From positions 555,365-619,364 of the forward strand of contig JAYNIM010000001.1 of the NCBI GenBank assembly GCA_038109055.1: 64,000 bases of DNA. The letters are read 5' to 3'. Below are positions 50,115 to 60,332 of the stretch, in pieces; position 1 is the stretch's first letter; every line of letters begins with the position of its first letter. A model generated the notes under the pieces. It ran no database searches and had not been told where the DNA came from. It saw only the letters and a list, made by a program, of their open reading frames with translations. Both the position numbers and the translations under genes were made by a program. Origin of the DNA: a bacterium. GTDB lineage: Bacteria; Margulisbacteria; Marinamargulisbacteria; GCA-2716485; JAYNIM01.

Positions 50115-50342
50115 ATGACCAATATCGATTCATTATCTGAAAGCACCCTTAACGATATTATAGCTATGGCATGGTGCGATAAAACACCCTTTGAACGCAT
50201 CCAAACCTTTACCGGTTTGTCTGAAAAAGAGGTTATTGCTGTGATGCGTCGTCAATTAAAACCCTCCAGCTTTAGAATGTGGCGGAAACGTGTGGTTCGA
50301 AAACAACAAAAACATGAGAAAAAGTTCTCACAAAAATACTAA
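50115..50342 (+). CDS. TIGR03643/DUF2805 family protein
   Basis: IIAMAWCDKTPFE..GLSEKEVIAVMRRQLKPSSFRMWRKRV. Confidence 0.9.
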   Translation: MTNIDSLSESTLNDIIAMAWCDKTPFERIQTFTGLSEKEVIAVMRRQLKPSSFRMWRKRVVRKQQKHEKKFSQKY

Positions 50343-50355
50343 TCACTCTCTCCAG

Positions 50356-51819
50356 CTACCTATTTTTTGACCTTTTGATATGTAATTTACGTCGACTCCC
50401 ATGCTTGCTTAACAGACTCATTGTTTCTGCTTTAGTGTCTAGTGTTTTTCTAATTTGATACAATCGTTTTGCTGCGTTTTGTCGACTTATTTTTTCATCT
50501 ACAATAGGCGGAGCGATATTCCAATCAAATGCCCATGGTTCACATACATGCTCTTTGGGTAATCCCACTAACTCTGGCACCCATTTTTTGATAAATATGC
50601 CTTCGGGATCATGATCATACCCCTGTTTGATCGGATTATATATTCGGATCGCATTCATGCCTGTTACCCCTGCCTGCATTTGACATTGACTGTAGTGAAT
50701 CCCAGGCTCATAATCTGTAAATTGTGTTGCTAAATGATGAGCTACTACCTTCCACGGTAGTTGTAAATGATGGCAACCCACACTCACAATCATGGCCCGC
50801 ATCCGAAAATTTAACCAGCCCGTAACTTTTAATGATCGCATGCATGCATCAACTAGGGGAAACCCTGTTTTACCCTCTTTCCATAATTGATATACCTGCT
50901 CATGATAGTCATACATATCTAAATGGCGATAAGCAGAATGTAGGGATTGATACTCCATTGAGGGTTCATCTTCTAACTTTTGTATAAAATGACAATGCCA
51001 ACGAAGACGCCCTAAACATGCCTGTAAGGAAAATGCCCATCCTCCACGTTGTGGACGGGGCAATTTTTTTATATGATCTTGTTTCTGTTTCATAAGTTGA
51101 TACATCTGTCGCATCGATATACAGCCAAAACTTAGGTAAGGGGACAGACGTGTACAACTGTCATAGGCTGTCACTGGGGATGACATCTCCTTGCTATAAT
51201 GTTCTCCACGTTCGTTTAAAAAACTTGTCAGTTTTGTGAGTGCATGATCTTCTCCGCCTTGTTGAAATTCGTGCCCGGTCTCTGTAACGAGTCCTAGTTT
51301 AGTTGCTGAAGGAAACGTGAATGATTCCTGTGTTGATGAGATAGGTGTTTGTGGCAGTACATCTTCTATTTTTTGTGTCATGAAAAACGCCCATTTTTTT
51401 GCCCATCCGTCTCGATCTTTCAATCGTCTTATGACGCCATTTTGAGGAAACTCTTGCCACGTCACACCCCGAAAATTAGCCCATTTTCTCACCGCTTTAT
51501 CGCGCTGATATGTCCAGTTATTGCCTGTTTCTTCATTAGAAAAAAGCGATATTTGCTTAAACTGATGAAGCAATTGGTCTAATACTGCTGTGATCGATCC
51601 CTTGCGAATTAATAAGCCAATTCCACGTTTCGCTAAGTGTTTATGCAGACTTGACAGGGCCCCTTTTAAAAAAAAATAGTGCCTCCAGCTCATATCTGGC
51701 TGTTTCCATAAATCAGGTTCAACGACATACACTGCAACACAAGGTCCCTTTTTCGAGGCTTCTAGTAAGGCAGGATGATCACTAACACGGCAGTCTTTTT
51801 TTATCCAAACAATATTCAT
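50356..51819 (-). CDS. Cryptochrome/photolyase family protein
   Basis: VWIKKDCRVSDH, RLSPYLSFG, GKTGFPLVDACMR, GWLNFRMRAM, DYEPGIH, RIYNP. Confidence 0.92.
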   Translation of the reverse strand: MNIVWIKKDCRVSDHPALLEASKKGPCVAVYVVEPDLWKQPDMSWRHYFFLKGALSSLHKHLAKRGIGLLIRKGSITAVLDQLLHQFKQISLFSNEETGNNWTYQRDKAVRKWANFRGVTWQEFPQNGVIRRLKDRDGWAKKWAFFMTQKIEDVLPQTPISSTQESFTFPSATKLGLVTETGHEFQQGGEDHALTKLTSFLNERGEHYSKEMSSPVTAYDSCTRLSPYLSFGCISMRQMYQLMKQKQDHIKKLPRPQRGGWAFSLQACLGRLRWHCHFIQKLEDEPSMEYQSLHSAYRHLDMYDYHEQVYQLWKEGKTGFPLVDACMRSLKVTGWLNFRMRAMIVSVGCHHLQLPWKVVAHHLATQFTDYEPGIHYSQCQMQAGVTGMNAIRIYNPIKQGYDHDPEGIFIKKWVPELVGLPKEHVCEPWAFDWNIAPPIVDEKISRQNAAKRLYQIRKTLDTKAETMSLLSKHGSRRKLHIKRSKNR

Positions 51820-52925
51820 AACATTCGTTTTGTTAGCGGTGATAATGACTTCATCACAGCTTTGTAATACTTAAAAAATTGAAAATATGGTTTATCACAT
51901 GAAACTAAAAACTGGCGCTTTGTCTGATGACCCTTAAAATGTCGCGTGAAGGGGTGCTCCTGATAATAAATTTGACTATTTGGGCAGTGCTTTAAACAGT
52001 GATCAAATTCTGCTACCCAAATCTTAATAGATGGAATAAAGGTTTTTGCTATTTTTAAAATAAAATCCAAAACCTGTTGTGATACCGGATATTGATCAAA
52101 ATGAGAAGGTTCCAATAATAAGACACGTTGTATAGATTGATCCATTAACCATGTTGGATCAAGTGTATAGGACGTATATAACGCAATCTCATTCGATGGT
52201 GTTATAGGATCTGATTGAATCCGTTCAAGTGATGTTTTAAGAGCTAGAGGTTGATATTTCATTAACACATTTGGGACAGCTTGTGTCACTAATACATCAT
52301 AAGGTTGATCTAAAAAAGTGTCTTTCTGGACTGTTTTGGTGTATTTATTAATATTATCCTGATTCATAAAATACTGTCTTTGACGAGTAACACCTGCCAC
52401 CCATTGCCAACTTAACGCGTTACTTGCCCAATCACCGTCTAATAAATAATAGTATAGCCATTTTGCGGGTTCTAACCAGTGACTTTTAGCTATATTACAA
52501 CATAATGAAGCGACATAGAGACGCATATGATTGTGCATATACCCCTCTTTTTCAAGGCGTTTTATCCCTGCATCTAACTGTGTAATCCCTGTTTGACCAT
52601 TCACGATAGCCTCTGACATATGAGATGATTGCAAGTGACTCGTGTCATATACCGCATGGTCAATGTCAACCTGACAAAACCATTGCTGCTGCCAAAACTC
52701 TCTCCATATTAACTGTTGTAAGAACTTTTCGGATCTAGCTGTTATCTTATTCACAGCACGAAGATGCTTGATCACCTCAGGAATTGTGATAACTCCACGT
52801 GAAATATAAGGGGATAAATAAGTAACAGCTCCCGACACATAATTACGTGTTCGCCCATACATATCACTATCAATGGTATCGATATACCTAAAGATCTCTT
52901 CTCGTGTTTTAACATCTGGAATCAT
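51816..52925 (-). CDS. Short photolyase with N-terminal FAD-binding domain (inverted topology, NewPHL-like)
   Basis: Starts directly with YGRTRNY..LSPYISRG, GYMHNHMR, LLDGDWASNALSWQWVAG; alpha/beta-like segment at the C-terminus. Confidence 0.8.
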   Translation of the reverse strand: MIPDVKTREEIFRYIDTIDSDMYGRTRNYVSGAVTYLSPYISRGVITIPEVIKHLRAVNKITARSEKFLQQLIWREFWQQQWFCQVDIDHAVYDTSHLQSSHMSEAIVNGQTGITQLDAGIKRLEKEGYMHNHMRLYVASLCCNIAKSHWLEPAKWLYYYLLDGDWASNALSWQWVAGVTRQRQYFMNQDNINKYTKTVQKDTFLDQPYDVLVTQAVPNVLMKYQPLALKTSLERIQSDPITPSNEIALYTSYTLDPTWLMDQSIQRVLLLEPSHFDQYPVSQQVLDFILKIAKTFIPSIKIWVAEFDHCLKHCPNSQIYYQEHPFTRHFKGHQTKRQFLVSCDKPYFQFFKYYKAVMKSLSPLTKRML

Positions 52926-55900
52926 TCTTTAATATCTATTTGCATCTTTCTTTCTGTGCCTTTTGACTTTACCAGTGTGTCGGTTAAACGTTTTAACTCG
53001 ATACATAATTGCTGACGGGTCATGATATGATCGAGTTCTTCCAAGCGAATACTATCAAATCTGTTTACGGCATCAATATAATCATTTAATGTGACGTTCC
53101 CATATGAATAGTTTTTTGATTCTTCTTTAAAAATATAGGCGGCTAAAACACGTTTTTGCTTGGCAATATTTATCCGTTTAGTTTGTGACTCTAAGGCTGC
53201 TACAATGTTCCTAATTTGAATCTGCAAAGATTCCTGCGTTGCCGCCGTTTCGATATCCACATTATCTTTTTCAACTAGTGCTTGCTTGTGCAACGACTCT
53301 GCGTTGATATTTTTTAATGGCAAGCCTAGTGATACCTGAGAAATTGCCGTGTTTTCGTAACTATTAGACTGTTGTTGGTGCAAGAATATTGTAGACCAGG
53401 TAAGTGATGGCATCAGATTTCGTTTTAGATAGGATACATCTGTGTCTGTTTGTGAACGTAGCAAGTCTAGTGTCTTGAATGAACGACTATGTGATAGGTC
53501 CTGAAATATAGATGCTAGATGACGATAGTCATCAAATTGATTAATAGAGCCACTGGGAATAAGTTCCATTGAGTGGGTAACGCCCATAGCTTGTTTAAGC
53601 ATGGCCTGCCGTTGATCACGTTTTAATTGACTCATTAAGACCTGTTCTTCTTTTGCCAAAAGCTGTAATTTTACTTTTGAGACATCTGTTTCATTCGCAA
53701 TTTTTTTTACCTGTCTTTTTAAGACACTTTCCAATACTTTTTGATTTTCTTGTAACGATGACTGTGCCATTCGATGTCGTTCAACATCTCTCATCCAATC
53801 AAAATACATCGTCATTAACCCCGCCACATAGTCCTCATACGCCTCTACTATCTGATAATGCATTAACTGCGTTTTGATATCTAAGAGATTATCCTGTAAC
53901 TGAACAGATTTTCCAAAGGCATTTCGTGCAATATCTTGAGAAAATGTTAGCCCTGTAGAACGCCGTTTTTGATCCAATGTATCCACACTTAGGGTTGCTT
54001 TTACCGACTGGCCTAATCGTGGTTTTTCGTAATTAAAACTGATATCTGTCATGATACCACTATCCCCTTTCTGCAGATACAGCCCCCCTACTACTGATAC
54101 AAATTGTTCTTCTGCCTCTGCATGTGCGTCTTTGAAATACGTCAGCTTCAACTGCTCTTTTAATAACGATTTAAACTCTTTATCGTAGGCAATGCTCTTT
54201 TCAATAAAGTCTGTGAATGTTAATGGATAAGTTTCTGCCCGTAAATTTATACTTGTTCCCAGAAAAATAATCATCCCCATCATCAATAAAGATCTCCCTG
54301 GAATTAACTTTTTGATTATTTTGCGGAGGTCTTGCTCAAACATAAACACGCAAGGGGTTAAAATCAAGGTTACCAATGTCCCCAATATTAATCCCCAGGC
54401 CAAGGCCAGCATCATATCCGCTAACATCGCATCCTCACCTCCTATTCCATAGGCTGTTGGAATGACGCCAGCGACTGTTGTAAGAGTTGTTAACACCACT
54501 GCTCGTAACCGAGTTTTGGCGATACTGGCTGTGTATGCATTATCTAATATGTTGCTTTTTTTCAATAAATCCAGCTTATTTAACATAAGAATTGCATCAT
54601 TGACCACAACTCCCAACATTCCTAAAGTTCCAATAGCTGCATAAAAACCGAACATGGTTTTGTTATGCAGGTAAAAAGCCCCTATCACCCCAATCACGCC
54701 AAATGGAATAATTAACATCACACGAAATGGCTTTAGTAACGAATTAAACAATAGGGCTAAAATAACATAGATCAGTATCACGGCCCCCGATACGCCCCAT
54801 AAAAATTCTTTTCTGGATTGACGTGTGTCAAAAATTTCACCATCAAAGCTAATTTGTGCGGTGGGATACCTTGCAATAATGGCTGGAAAAAGGGTTCGCT
54901 CACACTCTTCTGCTATTTCGAGTGGACTTTTGGGACTTCCCTTAATGGGATCTGCATAGATATAACTCGTCCGTTTCATGTTTTCTCGTCTGATCGATTG
55001 TTTGTTTGTTGTTTGATTAATCGACACTAAATCTCCTAACGGGATCAAATATTTTTGAACATTTGAAATGGGGATCGTGAGTAGCTTTTTGACGCTTTGT
55101 TTATAATCAGGTTCCACCGTTAATAAAACATCTACTTCTTCGTCATTTCTGAAAATGCTATACATTTTTTTACCATTCAACCCTACTCGTAAGGTCTCTG
55201 AAATACTTGCTGGATCAATTGATAATTTTTTTAACATCTCTTGTTTGTAGTTTAGTGTATACCCTTTTTTAGTTAAGATTCGATCTTCTTCAACATTGGT
55301 CATTAAGGGGTGATCTTCCAGTAGCTTCATTAGCTCCTTCTGAATCTTGTCCCGTCGTTCATCGTTGTTCTCTTGAATCACAATTTCAAATGTACTTCCT
55401 GCTTCTTGCCCATAGCGACGCTTTCTGAACGAGATTTTTTCGAGTTCAGGTATTGTAGTGGTAAATGCTTTTATTTCCTGAATGATCTGGTTAGCTGATT
55501 TTTGGCGTTGGTCTGATGGTACAAGTTCTAATGTGGTTCGAAACACATTCTCTCGATCCGCTGAACCTCTACGTCCTAATCCAATAATGGTTCGAACACC
55601 TACTTTTTCATCCTTGAACATCTCTACAAGATAATCTTCTAACGGTTGGATAGCTAATGCTGTTTGTTTTGCCACACTGGCACTTTTTACAACACCCGAG
55701 ATTACAACCTCTCGTGATTCATCTTGCGTAAATAACACAAATTTAAACTCCGATTTAACCAGCAAAACACTCAATCCCATTAACCCAACAAAACATATCA
55801 CTATGAGAATTCTGTATCTGAGTAAGAATCTTAATGCTTTTTCATAGACGTTTTCACACGCTTCAAACCATTTTTTAGCTGTAGATGGAGCATGTTTGTT

Positions 55901-57391
55901 TTGAAATAGCGTCATGTGTGATGGCAATAAAAAGAATGATTCAAATAAACTTGCCAACAACATTAAAAAAATAACAATGGGAATATAAATAATAAAACTG
56001 CTAAAACGTCCTGAAAAAAAGAATAATGGTAAAAAAGCTGCGCAGGTCGTTAGTATACTTGCTAACACAGGGGGTAAAACTTCGACGGTCCCATCAACAG
56101 CCGCTTTTGTTAAAGGGATACCCGCATTGATTTTTCGCGAAATATTTTCTGCTACAATAATGGCATCATCTACCACAATTCCAAGAACAATAATAATAGC
56201 TGCCAATGTAATACCATTGATACTATAGCCCAATAATGCACTGCAAATTAGCGTAAAACAAAGTGTAAATGGTAACCCAAGCGCCACCCAAAACGCCGAT
56301 CGTTTATTCAAAAAAATCAGCAACGTCAGCACAATTAAACAAAAGCCCAACAATCCATTGTTTTTCAACAGCTTCAAGCGGTTGCGAACATCTTGTGACT
56401 CGTCATCTAGCAACACCAACTTAAACCCGCTATCTTTTAAGATTGTTCGTTGATAATCACTCGTAATGCGTGTTACCTTTTCCAATGCCTCCAAAATACC
56501 CACACTACTATTTTTTACAACGTTTAATATTATAGCCTCTCGTCCATCAACTTTATAAATTGAGGTCTGATCAGCAAAGGCATCTGTCACGCGTGCCACA
56601 TCGCCTAAGCGAATGGCAGGTGTATCAAAACTACCATGGATCACCAGATCAGATAATACCTGCTTTGTATCAAGTGATGATTCAATTGTCACTTGTTCTC
56701 GAAAAGAGGTCGACAAACTACCTACTGGTACACGATTGTGATTTTTTCTAATTTCTTGAGCAACTTTAGTAATCGGAAGTTCGAAGGTCACAATTTTTTG
56801 AGGGTCTAACGTAATATTGATATCTTCTTTTAGGTAGCCTCGCCGATTAACGGTATAAATTTCGGGTTGTGAGACTAGCGTACTTTCTAGTCCGCGTGCA
56901 ATATTTTGTAACGCTAAACGTCCTTTCTGGTCGAGTAATGGGGTTTGTCGATGATATAACGCAATATCGATAATCGCTTTTTTAGATGTCTCAAACACAC
57001 GAACTTGAGGATCTTTATCCACATCATCTGGTAACTGTACAGAACGCGTCAACGTTGTAATATCTGTCACAGCCTGATCAATGTTGTCCACTGTCCGATC
57101 TAGCTCAACCGCAATTGAACTTCGTCCAGGGCTGGATGTGCTGGTGAGTTTTTGAATACCATCAAAGGATTGCAGGGCTTCTTCTAGAGGTTTTGTAATA
57201 TAATACTCAACATCCGCTGCAGATGCCCCAGCATACTGGGTTGATATTCTTACAACGTTAAATGTAATATCCGGTAATTCTTCTTTATTTGTTGATTGCC
57301 AAGCAACAACCCCACCTAAAAACACTAACAGTGTTAAAAGGTTCACCAATAAATGTTTTTGACAAAAAAATCGAACTACGGAAGTTAGCAT
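52922..57391 (-). CDS. RND efflux permease fused in frame to a TolC-like outer-membrane factor
   Basis: aa ~1-1025 AcrB-like (GIVVDDAIIVAENI, GVVVNDAI, RLRAVVLT); aa ~1037-1489 signal-like segment plus helical OEP-like domain. Confidence 0.85.
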   Translation of the reverse strand: MLTSVVRFFCQKHLLVNLLTLLVFLGGVVAWQSTNKEELPDITFNVVRISTQYAGASAADVEYYITKPLEEALQSFDGIQKLTSTSSPGRSSIAVELDRTVDNIDQAVTDITTLTRSVQLPDDVDKDPQVRVFETSKKAIIDIALYHRQTPLLDQKGRLALQNIARGLESTLVSQPEIYTVNRRGYLKEDINITLDPQKIVTFELPITKVAQEIRKNHNRVPVGSLSTSFREQVTIESSLDTKQVLSDLVIHGSFDTPAIRLGDVARVTDAFADQTSIYKVDGREAIILNVVKNSSVGILEALEKVTRITSDYQRTILKDSGFKLVLLDDESQDVRNRLKLLKNNGLLGFCLIVLTLLIFLNKRSAFWVALGLPFTLCFTLICSALLGYSINGITLAAIIIVLGIVVDDAIIVAENISRKINAGIPLTKAAVDGTVEVLPPVLASILTTCAAFLPLFFFSGRFSSFIIYIPIVIFLMLLASLFESFFLLPSHMTLFQNKHAPSTAKKWFEACENVYEKALRFLLRYRILIVICFVGLMGLSVLLVKSEFKFVLFTQDESREVVISGVVKSASVAKQTALAIQPLEDYLVEMFKDEKVGVRTIIGLGRRGSADRENVFRTTLELVPSDQRQKSANQIIQEIKAFTTTIPELEKISFRKRRYGQEAGSTFEIVIQENNDERRDKIQKELMKLLEDHPLMTNVEEDRILTKKGYTLNYKQEMLKKLSIDPASISETLRVGLNGKKMYSIFRNDEEVDVLLTVEPDYKQSVKKLLTIPISNVQKYLIPLGDLVSINQTTNKQSIRRENMKRTSYIYADPIKGSPKSPLEIAEECERTLFPAIIARYPTAQISFDGEIFDTRQSRKEFLWGVSGAVILIYVILALLFNSLLKPFRVMLIIPFGVIGVIGAFYLHNKTMFGFYAAIGTLGMLGVVVNDAILMLNKLDLLKKSNILDNAYTASIAKTRLRAVVLTTLTTVAGVIPTAYGIGGEDAMLADMMLALAWGLILGTLVTLILTPCVFMFEQDLRKIIKKLIPGRSLLMMGMIIFLGTSINLRAETYPLTFTDFIEKSIAYDKEFKSLLKEQLKLTYFKDAHAEAEEQFVSVVGGLYLQKGDSGIMTDISFNYEKPRLGQSVKATLSVDTLDQKRRSTGLTFSQDIARNAFGKSVQLQDNLLDIKTQLMHYQIVEAYEDYVAGLMTMYFDWMRDVERHRMAQSSLQENQKVLESVLKRQVKKIANETDVSKVKLQLLAKEEQVLMSQLKRDQRQAMLKQAMGVTHSMELIPSGSINQFDDYRHLASIFQDLSHSRSFKTLDLLRSQTDTDVSYLKRNLMPSLTWSTIFLHQQQSNSYENTAISQVSLGLPLKNINAESLHKQALVEKDNVDIETAATQESLQIQIRNIVAALESQTKRINIAKQKRVLAAYIFKEESKNYSYGNVTLNDYIDAVNRFDSIRLEELDHIMTRQQLCIELKRLTDTLVKSKGTERKMQIDIKE

Positions 57392-58092
57392 GGCACACTC
57401 TTTGGGGGAATATCGAGTATTATTACTTCGGTCTGACTGTTCATTACCATATCAATGGTGCTTTCATTTTCGAGCATGATGCTATCGCCTGTCGTTGCGT
57501 TTTGTCCATCTATTTTTACTGATCCTTTGACAATAAGAATATAACCCAAGTAATTCAGTGGATGCGTTACACGGGTATTTGTTTCAAATTTGGCCACATA
57601 AATATGAACATCTTGATAAATGTGAAGAGGCGACGTACCATCTCCTGATATAAGGCATTGCATTCCCTCGGTTGGTATTAAACTCTTGACGTCTAAACTA
57701 TTCCAAGAGGGCGTAACATGTTGTGTGTGCGGTTCGATCCAAATTTGATACAAGGTGGTGTTGACAGTTTCATGGTTAAATTCTGAATGATAAATACCAG
57801 ACCCTGCGCTCATAACTTGAATATTTCCCGCTTCAGTCCGACCTTTATTTCCCTGTGAATCGTGATGTGTGATGGCGCCTTCTTTAACATAGGTAATAAT
57901 TTCCATATTACGATGGGGATGTAAATCAAAGCCTTTTCCAGGATGAATACAATCATCATTCACCACACGTAATACCCCAAATCCTTTTCGATCGGGGTTA
58001 TAATAATCAGCAAAACTAAAATGATAACACGCTTGTAGCCATCCATAATCAGCACGACCAAACTCGTCTTTTTTCGTAATCGTAATACTCAT
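57385..58092 (-). CDS. Pirin family protein (YhhW-like)
   Basis: FSFADYY, GFDLHPHRNMEI, MSAGSGIYHSE, QIWI. Confidence 0.93.
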   Translation of the reverse strand: MSITITKKDEFGRADYGWLQACYHFSFADYYNPDRKGFGVLRVVNDDCIHPGKGFDLHPHRNMEIITYVKEGAITHHDSQGNKGRTEAGNIQVMSAGSGIYHSEFNHETVNTTLYQIWIEPHTQHVTPSWNSLDVKSLIPTEGMQCLISGDGTSPLHIYQDVHIYVAKFETNTRVTHPLNYLGYILIVKGSVKIDGQNATTGDSIMLENESTIDMVMNSQTEVIILDIPPKSVPC

Positions 58093-59039
58093 TTTACAGA
58101 AGAAATTAGATCTCGATTATGCGGTTCATCTAAATCAAGTTGTGGTCCATCTGGAATAATTTGGGTGGGATTAATCATCGGATGACTGACATAATAATGT
58201 GTTTTAATATCATCAAAATGAATGGTTTCCTTAATACCGGGCATGGCATATAGTTCTTTTAGATAGTGGCTCAGATGAGGGTAATCGTGTATGCGTTTCA
58301 AATTACACTTAAAATGTCCAACATACACGCTATCAAAGCGAATGAGTGTCGTAAATAATCGCCAATCCGCTTCAGTAAGGGTACTCCCACATAAATATCT
58401 GCTTTTTGACAATATCGTTTCGATTTTCTGTAATGCCTCAAATAAATAGTGTAATTCCTGAGAATAAACAGCTTGATCCGTTGAAAAACCTACTTTATAT
58501 ACCCCATTATTGATACGGTGATATACCAGCTCATTCATCGCGTCTATTTGAGATTGCAACTGAGCAGGATAATAATCCGTCGTATGCCCCGTGATTTTAT
58601 TAAAGCACGAATTAAACATGCGTATGATGTCTGAAGACTCATTATTGACGATACGCTGTTGTTTTAAGTCCCACAACACCGGTACGGTTACACGCCCTTC
58701 ATAGTCAGGAGCCGTTCTTAGATATAATTGATAAAGATAGTTAACGTCCGAAAAATGGGTGTCTGGATGTGTCATTTCCCATCCATGTTCTAGCATTACT
58801 GGCTTTACAACACTGATACTAATAATGTTTGTTAACGCCTTTAGTTTCCTAAAAATGGTTGTTCTGTGCGCCCAAGGGCAGGCATGTGAGACAATCAGAT
58901 GATATCGATCAGCCTCCACTGGGAAAGCCTCTGATCCGATCCACTGTCGAAACTGGGATGCTTGACGCTTAAAGTGCCCATTGTCTTTTTTGGTATCATA
59001 CCACTTATCATGCCATTTCCCTTTAACTAAGAAACCCAT
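58089..59039 (-). CDS. Glutathionyl-hydroquinone reductase/GST (YqjG-like)
   Basis: ACPWAHR, TVPVLWD, NNESSDI, INNGVY, ADWRLFTTLIRFD. Confidence 0.93.
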   Translation of the reverse strand: MGFLVKGKWHDKWYDTKKDNGHFKRQASQFRQWIGSEAFPVEADRYHLIVSHACPWAHRTTIFRKLKALTNIISISVVKPVMLEHGWEMTHPDTHFSDVNYLYQLYLRTAPDYEGRVTVPVLWDLKQQRIVNNESSDIIRMFNSCFNKITGHTTDYYPAQLQSQIDAMNELVYHRINNGVYKVGFSTDQAVYSQELHYLFEALQKIETILSKSRYLCGSTLTEADWRLFTTLIRFDSVYVGHFKCNLKRIHDYPHLSHYLKELYAMPGIKETIHFDDIKTHYYVSHPMINPTQIIPDGPQLDLDEPHNRDLISSVK

Positions 59040-59044
59040 TATTG

Positions 59045-59446
59045 TTAATCTTCCTCAAATGGCGCTACTTTAAACCTCAAAACTGATAGATACGAATTCT
59101 TGTAACTTATAACCAATAACAGATGTAAGCCATGTAAAAAAATCATCAGGGGTAACCCTGCCGGATTTAAGAACAAATGAATACTGGTAATACCAATCAA
59201 TAATGGGGCTATTAAGGCTAATGCTAATGGCACAAAGCAGTTACTTACAAGTAAAAGACCCACGATGATTTCAATGAGTTTGATCATCGGAAAAAAATAA
59301 CCTGTTTTGGCAAATGCTCCCAACAATGCCCCTGCTTCTGGTGATACCGGTGGTAATGGCATAAAGCCAAAAAAACCATTAAGTCCGAATATCAAAAATG
59401 TACTCCCAAATAGATAACGGCTCCCTTTTTGAATCATTGCTTTCAT
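59045..59446 (-). CDS. DoxX family membrane protein
   Basis: FGLNGF, TGYFFP..KLIE, four TMs. Confidence 0.82.
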   Translation of the reverse strand: MKAMIQKGSRYLFGSTFLIFGLNGFFGFMPLPPVSPEAGALLGAFAKTGYFFPMIKLIEIIVGLLLVSNCFVPLALALIAPLLIGITSIHLFLNPAGLPLMIFLHGLHLLLVISYKNSYLSVLRFKVAPFEED

Positions 59447-59541
59447 ATAAACTCCTTTTATTATTTTTTTATAAAACAGTTATAAGCTTATATTCTTATA
59501 TATTTATTAACAATATACGATTATGTTACTATATTAAGTCT

Positions 59542-59643
59542 AAAGAGTTGGGCGCGCGTTTATTTCATCGTACAACACGGGTTGTGACTCATACAGAAGA
59601 AGGATCTTTATTTGCCAGTCAAACCCAGAGTTTACATATACCG
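59542..59643 (+). pseudogene. LysR HTH remnant
   Basis: KELGARLFHRTTRVVTHTEEG matches LysR winged-helix end; no credible start and no effector domain. Confidence 0.7.
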
Positions 59644-59647
59644 ATAG

Positions 59648-59755
59648 TCACATAGCGACTAAAAACCTTGTTCGAACATCTCGTATTACATGATTATGCG
59701 ATCCATCTGAATCCTTGATCTTGTTATAGAGATTATTAACTGAGATCTGTTTCAT
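59648..59755 (-). pseudogene. Truncated rhodanese-like N-terminal remnant
   Basis: MKQISVNNLY...VIRDVRT then stop after 35 aa; follows the SOUL gene stop. Confidence 0.5.
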
Positions 59756-59759
59756 CCCC

Positions 59760-60329
59760 TTATTTAAGTTCAAACAAAACTTCATTTCGTCGCAAAAATC
59801 CCGGAACGAAAGGAGCGTTATAAAAGGCATATACTGCCTGATCGTTAAATGAGTAGTTTTGTTGGCTTAAATAGGCTTTTAGTTCGGCTGCTTTTTTATC
59901 TAACAGTTGTTGATTGGCTCGTCCTGAAAATCGAATTGCGGCCATCCTGACGTCTGGAACTGTTATAATTTCGATCTGGGTATTGTCAGCCGCTGGTGTG
60001 TTGGTGGCGGTCATAGCTTTGGGCATAAAAAAACAGATCCGCCACGATCCATCTTCTTGCTGTACCTGCGCGACCGGTGTTGTCATGGCAATTTTAGTCG
60101 CTGTTTCATTACCACCACTGATATAACGAAATAACTGTCGAAACGCGTGTGTTGCGGCATCTTTACGGGTTCCAGAAACACGTACTTCTGCTTTTGTGAT
60201 TGTTTCATAGTTTCTTATTTCAATAGCCCCATCTTTTTTAAGGACCTGATGGGGTCGTTCTTCGGCTGCCATAGTCACATTAGAAAAGCACAGTAATCCA
60301 CACAGTACAATCCCACACCACTTTTTCAT
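59760..60329 (-). CDS. SOUL heme-binding protein
   Basis: EIRNY, FRQLFRYISGGN, IAMTTPV, FFMP, FSG, YNAP..RRNEV. Confidence 0.92.
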   Translation of the reverse strand: MKKWCGIVLCGLLCFSNVTMAAEERPHQVLKKDGAIEIRNYETITKAEVRVSGTRKDAATHAFRQLFRYISGGNETATKIAMTTPVAQVQQEDGSWRICFFMPKAMTATNTPAADNTQIEIITVPDVRMAAIRFSGRANQQLLDKKAAELKAYLSQQNYSFNDQAVYAFYNAPFVPGFLRRNEVLFELK

Positions 60330-60332
60330 ATA

